Origin: a virus
Reading direction: 5' to 3' (one strand)
IMG/VR virus record: IMGVR_UViG_3300024988_000005
DNA: 43,740 nt
The notes under the pieces: generated by a model
Seen by the model: only the letters and a program-made list of their open reading frames with translations
What the model was told of the DNA's origin: nothing
The model's database searches: none
Program-made: the position numbers and the translations under genes
Shown here: positions 42,225 through 43,740 of the stretch, piece by piece
How the letters are laid out: every line of letters begins with the position of its first letter
How positions within the stretch are numbered: position 1 is the first letter of the stretch

Positions 42225-42679
42225 GGGTGGTCCCCAGTGGGCGTGGTGTTGATGACGGATCGCGCGGTGGCGTTGTTCTTCTCCAACTGGTCCAGGCGTT
42301 GCTTCACCTGGGCATCGCGCACGCGGCGGCCGGCCAGCTCGTTATGCAGTCCAAGCAGCGCATGGGCATCCATCCTGCGAAGGCGGTCGAGCCGGTTGAT
42401 CGCGCGCTCCTGGCGGAGGATCCGCTCCCGTTGCTGCTTCAGCTTCTTGTCCTGGCTGGAGCTCTTCTGCTCCTGCAACTGCAGCTTCTCGTTATGGCGT
42501 GCGTTCTCCCGTTCCTGCTGGGTCACGCGCGAGTCGAGGTATACCGCCGTCTTATGGATTCGATAGCGATCGATCTCGCTGTTGATCGCCAACGCCATCA
42601 GCACCAGCACCGCCACGATCAGCCCATAGCCGACGTGCAGCAGGTGGTGTTTCTTGCCGATCTCAGGTTGCGGTGCCAT
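42221..42679 (-). CDS. Membrane-anchored coiled-coil protein in the lysis cassette (152 aa)
   Basis: One TM helix (VGYGLIVAVLVLMALAI) followed by a charged Gln/Arg/Lys coiled coil. Start chosen at the ATG at 42679. Confidence 0.45.
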   Translation of the reverse strand: MAPQPEIGKKHHLLHVGYGLIVAVLVLMALAINSEIDRYRIHKTAVYLDSRVTQQERENARHNEKLQLQEQKSSSQDKKLKQQRERILRQERAINRLDRLRRMDAHALLGLHNELAGRRVRDAQVKQRLDQLEKNNATARSVINTTPTGDHP

Positions 42680-43016
42680 CGCCGGGATCTCCTGCAATGC
42701 CCATCCACTTCCGCACCCACTTTTCCAGCATGCGGATCGATACCGTCGCACCAAGCCAGCCGCATACCCCCACCACCACGCCCGTGATCTGCGGCGACGT
42801 GCCCAGCGCCTGGCACAGCAACATCACCAGGCAGCCCACGAATCCCGCGGCCAATGATTCCAGCAGCGTTCGCCACAGCGAGACGTGCTTGCCGGCATCC
42901 AGCGTGCGCAGCACGTGGCCGAGCGCGCCGCCGATCGAGGCGAGCGCCGGAAACAGCACCATCTGCAACCAGGTGTAGTTGCTGGGCGGCTGATCCATGT
43001 CATCGGCCCCATGCAT
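42663..43016 (-). CDS. Holin (117 aa, about three TM segments)
   Basis: Small protein with three hydrophobic stretches and a charged C-terminus, directly after the endolysin. Confidence 0.6.
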   Translation of the reverse strand: MHGADDMDQPPSNYTWLQMVLFPALASIGGALGHVLRTLDAGKHVSLWRTLLESLAAGFVGCLVMLLCQALGTSPQITGVVVGVCGWLGATVSIRMLEKWVRKWMGIAGDPGDGTAT

Positions 43017-43025
43017 GGCGGATGC

Positions 43026-43637
43026 TCATTCCGGCACCAGCGCGGCTTTGGCCACGGCCCAGCGCCGGCGCCGATCGTCGACGCCGTTGGCCTTGCCGAT
43101 ATCCGCGTTGGGCGAACCCAGGTTGATCGCGCACGTGATGCGGTCGAATTCTCCTGCATTGGCCAGCGCGCTCAGGCCATGCGTATGCCACCACCAGGCC
43201 GACATGGCGCAGCCGATATCGATCGAATCCAGCAGCTCGGGGTGGGCCACCAGATCGAGACCTAGCGCAATGCCGGCGGCGCGGTGGTTGGCCTTGCCCG
43301 TCAGCTGGATCGGGCCATGCCCGCGGAATCGACGCCCATCGCCCTGCTGATCGTTGCCGAGCTCGTACGCCTTGCGGTTGCGGTTATCGGCGGACGTCGG
43401 CGGCCATGCCGCATCGAAATTACGCTCGTAGCGCACCTGAGCGGGCGTCGGTCCCCACAGCTCGGCCGAATAGCGGAAGCCCATCGACTCATGCCCGCAC
43501 TGCGCGAGAAAGGCCGCCTGGTCGTCCGGCGTGTCGATGTGCCATTCCGCCATGGCGTCGAACATCGGGGGCGCCCACGCCGCCGCGATCGATGCGGTAC
43601 AGCCCGTGGCGCGCTGGAAAAGGGCGGTCTGGTCCAT
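43026..43637 (-). CDS. Endolysin, glycoside hydrolase family 19 (chitinase-like, 203 aa)
   Basis: FLAQCGHESMGF and RGHGPIQLTGKANH are the GH19 catalytic-region signatures. Confidence 0.8.
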   Translation of the reverse strand: MDQTALFQRATGCTASIAAAWAPPMFDAMAEWHIDTPDDQAAFLAQCGHESMGFRYSAELWGPTPAQVRYERNFDAAWPPTSADNRNRKAYELGNDQQGDGRRFRGHGPIQLTGKANHRAAGIALGLDLVAHPELLDSIDIGCAMSAWWWHTHGLSALANAGEFDRITCAINLGSPNADIGKANGVDDRRRRWAVAKAALVPE

Positions 43638-43740
43638 GGGCCGACCGTGTGCGCGGCGGCCCTGCAGGTCAACGGGAAAGCATGCGCTACGCGGCCGCCG
43701 TAGCCGGCGCTTCGTCCACGGTGATGCCGCCGAGGTAATC
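43614..43740. repeat. Second copy of the 127-nt end overlap
   Basis: Identical to nt 1-127. Confidence 0.9.
43643..43685 (-). promoter_or_regulatory. Conserved late promoter-like element, copy A (upstream of the lysis cassette; duplicated at 30-72 by the end overlap)
   Basis: Minus strand reads GCATGCTTTCCCGTTGACC-N15-CACACGGTC. The endolysin ATG begins 5 nt later. Confidence 0.55.

Noticed and set aside
41643-42566. 307-aa plus-strand ORF across the spanin region.
   Set aside because: It is antisense to three well-supported lysis genes, has low-complexity Arg/Ala/Ser composition and has no start context.

Overview
The window is a complete, circularly closed phage or prophage genome. Nt 1-127 are identical to nt 43614-43740, leaving 43613 bp of unique sequence. 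It is high-GC and looks like a temperate siphovirus. All but two genes lie on the minus strand, in tightly coupled operons with many ATGA, GTGA and TGATG stop/start overlaps.

Modules, read along the minus strand:
- Lysis cassette (43.6-41.6 kb): GH19 endolysin, holin, a membrane coiled-coil protein, and overlapping i-/o-spanins.
- attP-like repeat region, tyrosine integrase, Mor-like regulator and large serine recombinase (41.3-37.5 kb).
- Divergent CI-like (+) / RHH Cro-like (-) switch at about 36.6 kb.
- Early and replication genes (36.2-26.5 kb), including a frameshift-split CII-like regulator, a 205-aa mini tyrosine recombinase and a 916-aa primase-helicase.
- A complete diversity-generating retroelement (26.4-23.7 kb): two tandem DUF1566-type target genes each ending in a VR, then avd, TR and RT.
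- Packaging and head genes (23.8-15.8 kb): Cys-rich protein, TerL, portal, MuF-like protein, Com-like zinc ribbon, and a fused protease-scaffold-capsid ORF.
- Connector and tail genes (15.7-0.07 kb): tail tube, G/G-T chaperone with a T_TTT_TTC slippery site, an AT-richer moron island, a 1475-aa tape measure, an Ig-repeat/SPRY protein, a 1147-aa SPRY-headed host-specificity protein and a 283-aa protein.

The most notable non-coding signal is a conserved 43-nt promoter-like element, GCAYGCTTTCCCGTTGACN-N15-CACACGGTC. It heads four late modules, and a core-only copy precedes int. Its geometry would make several transcripts leaderless.

Functional calls rest on motifs recognised by eye. No database search was run.
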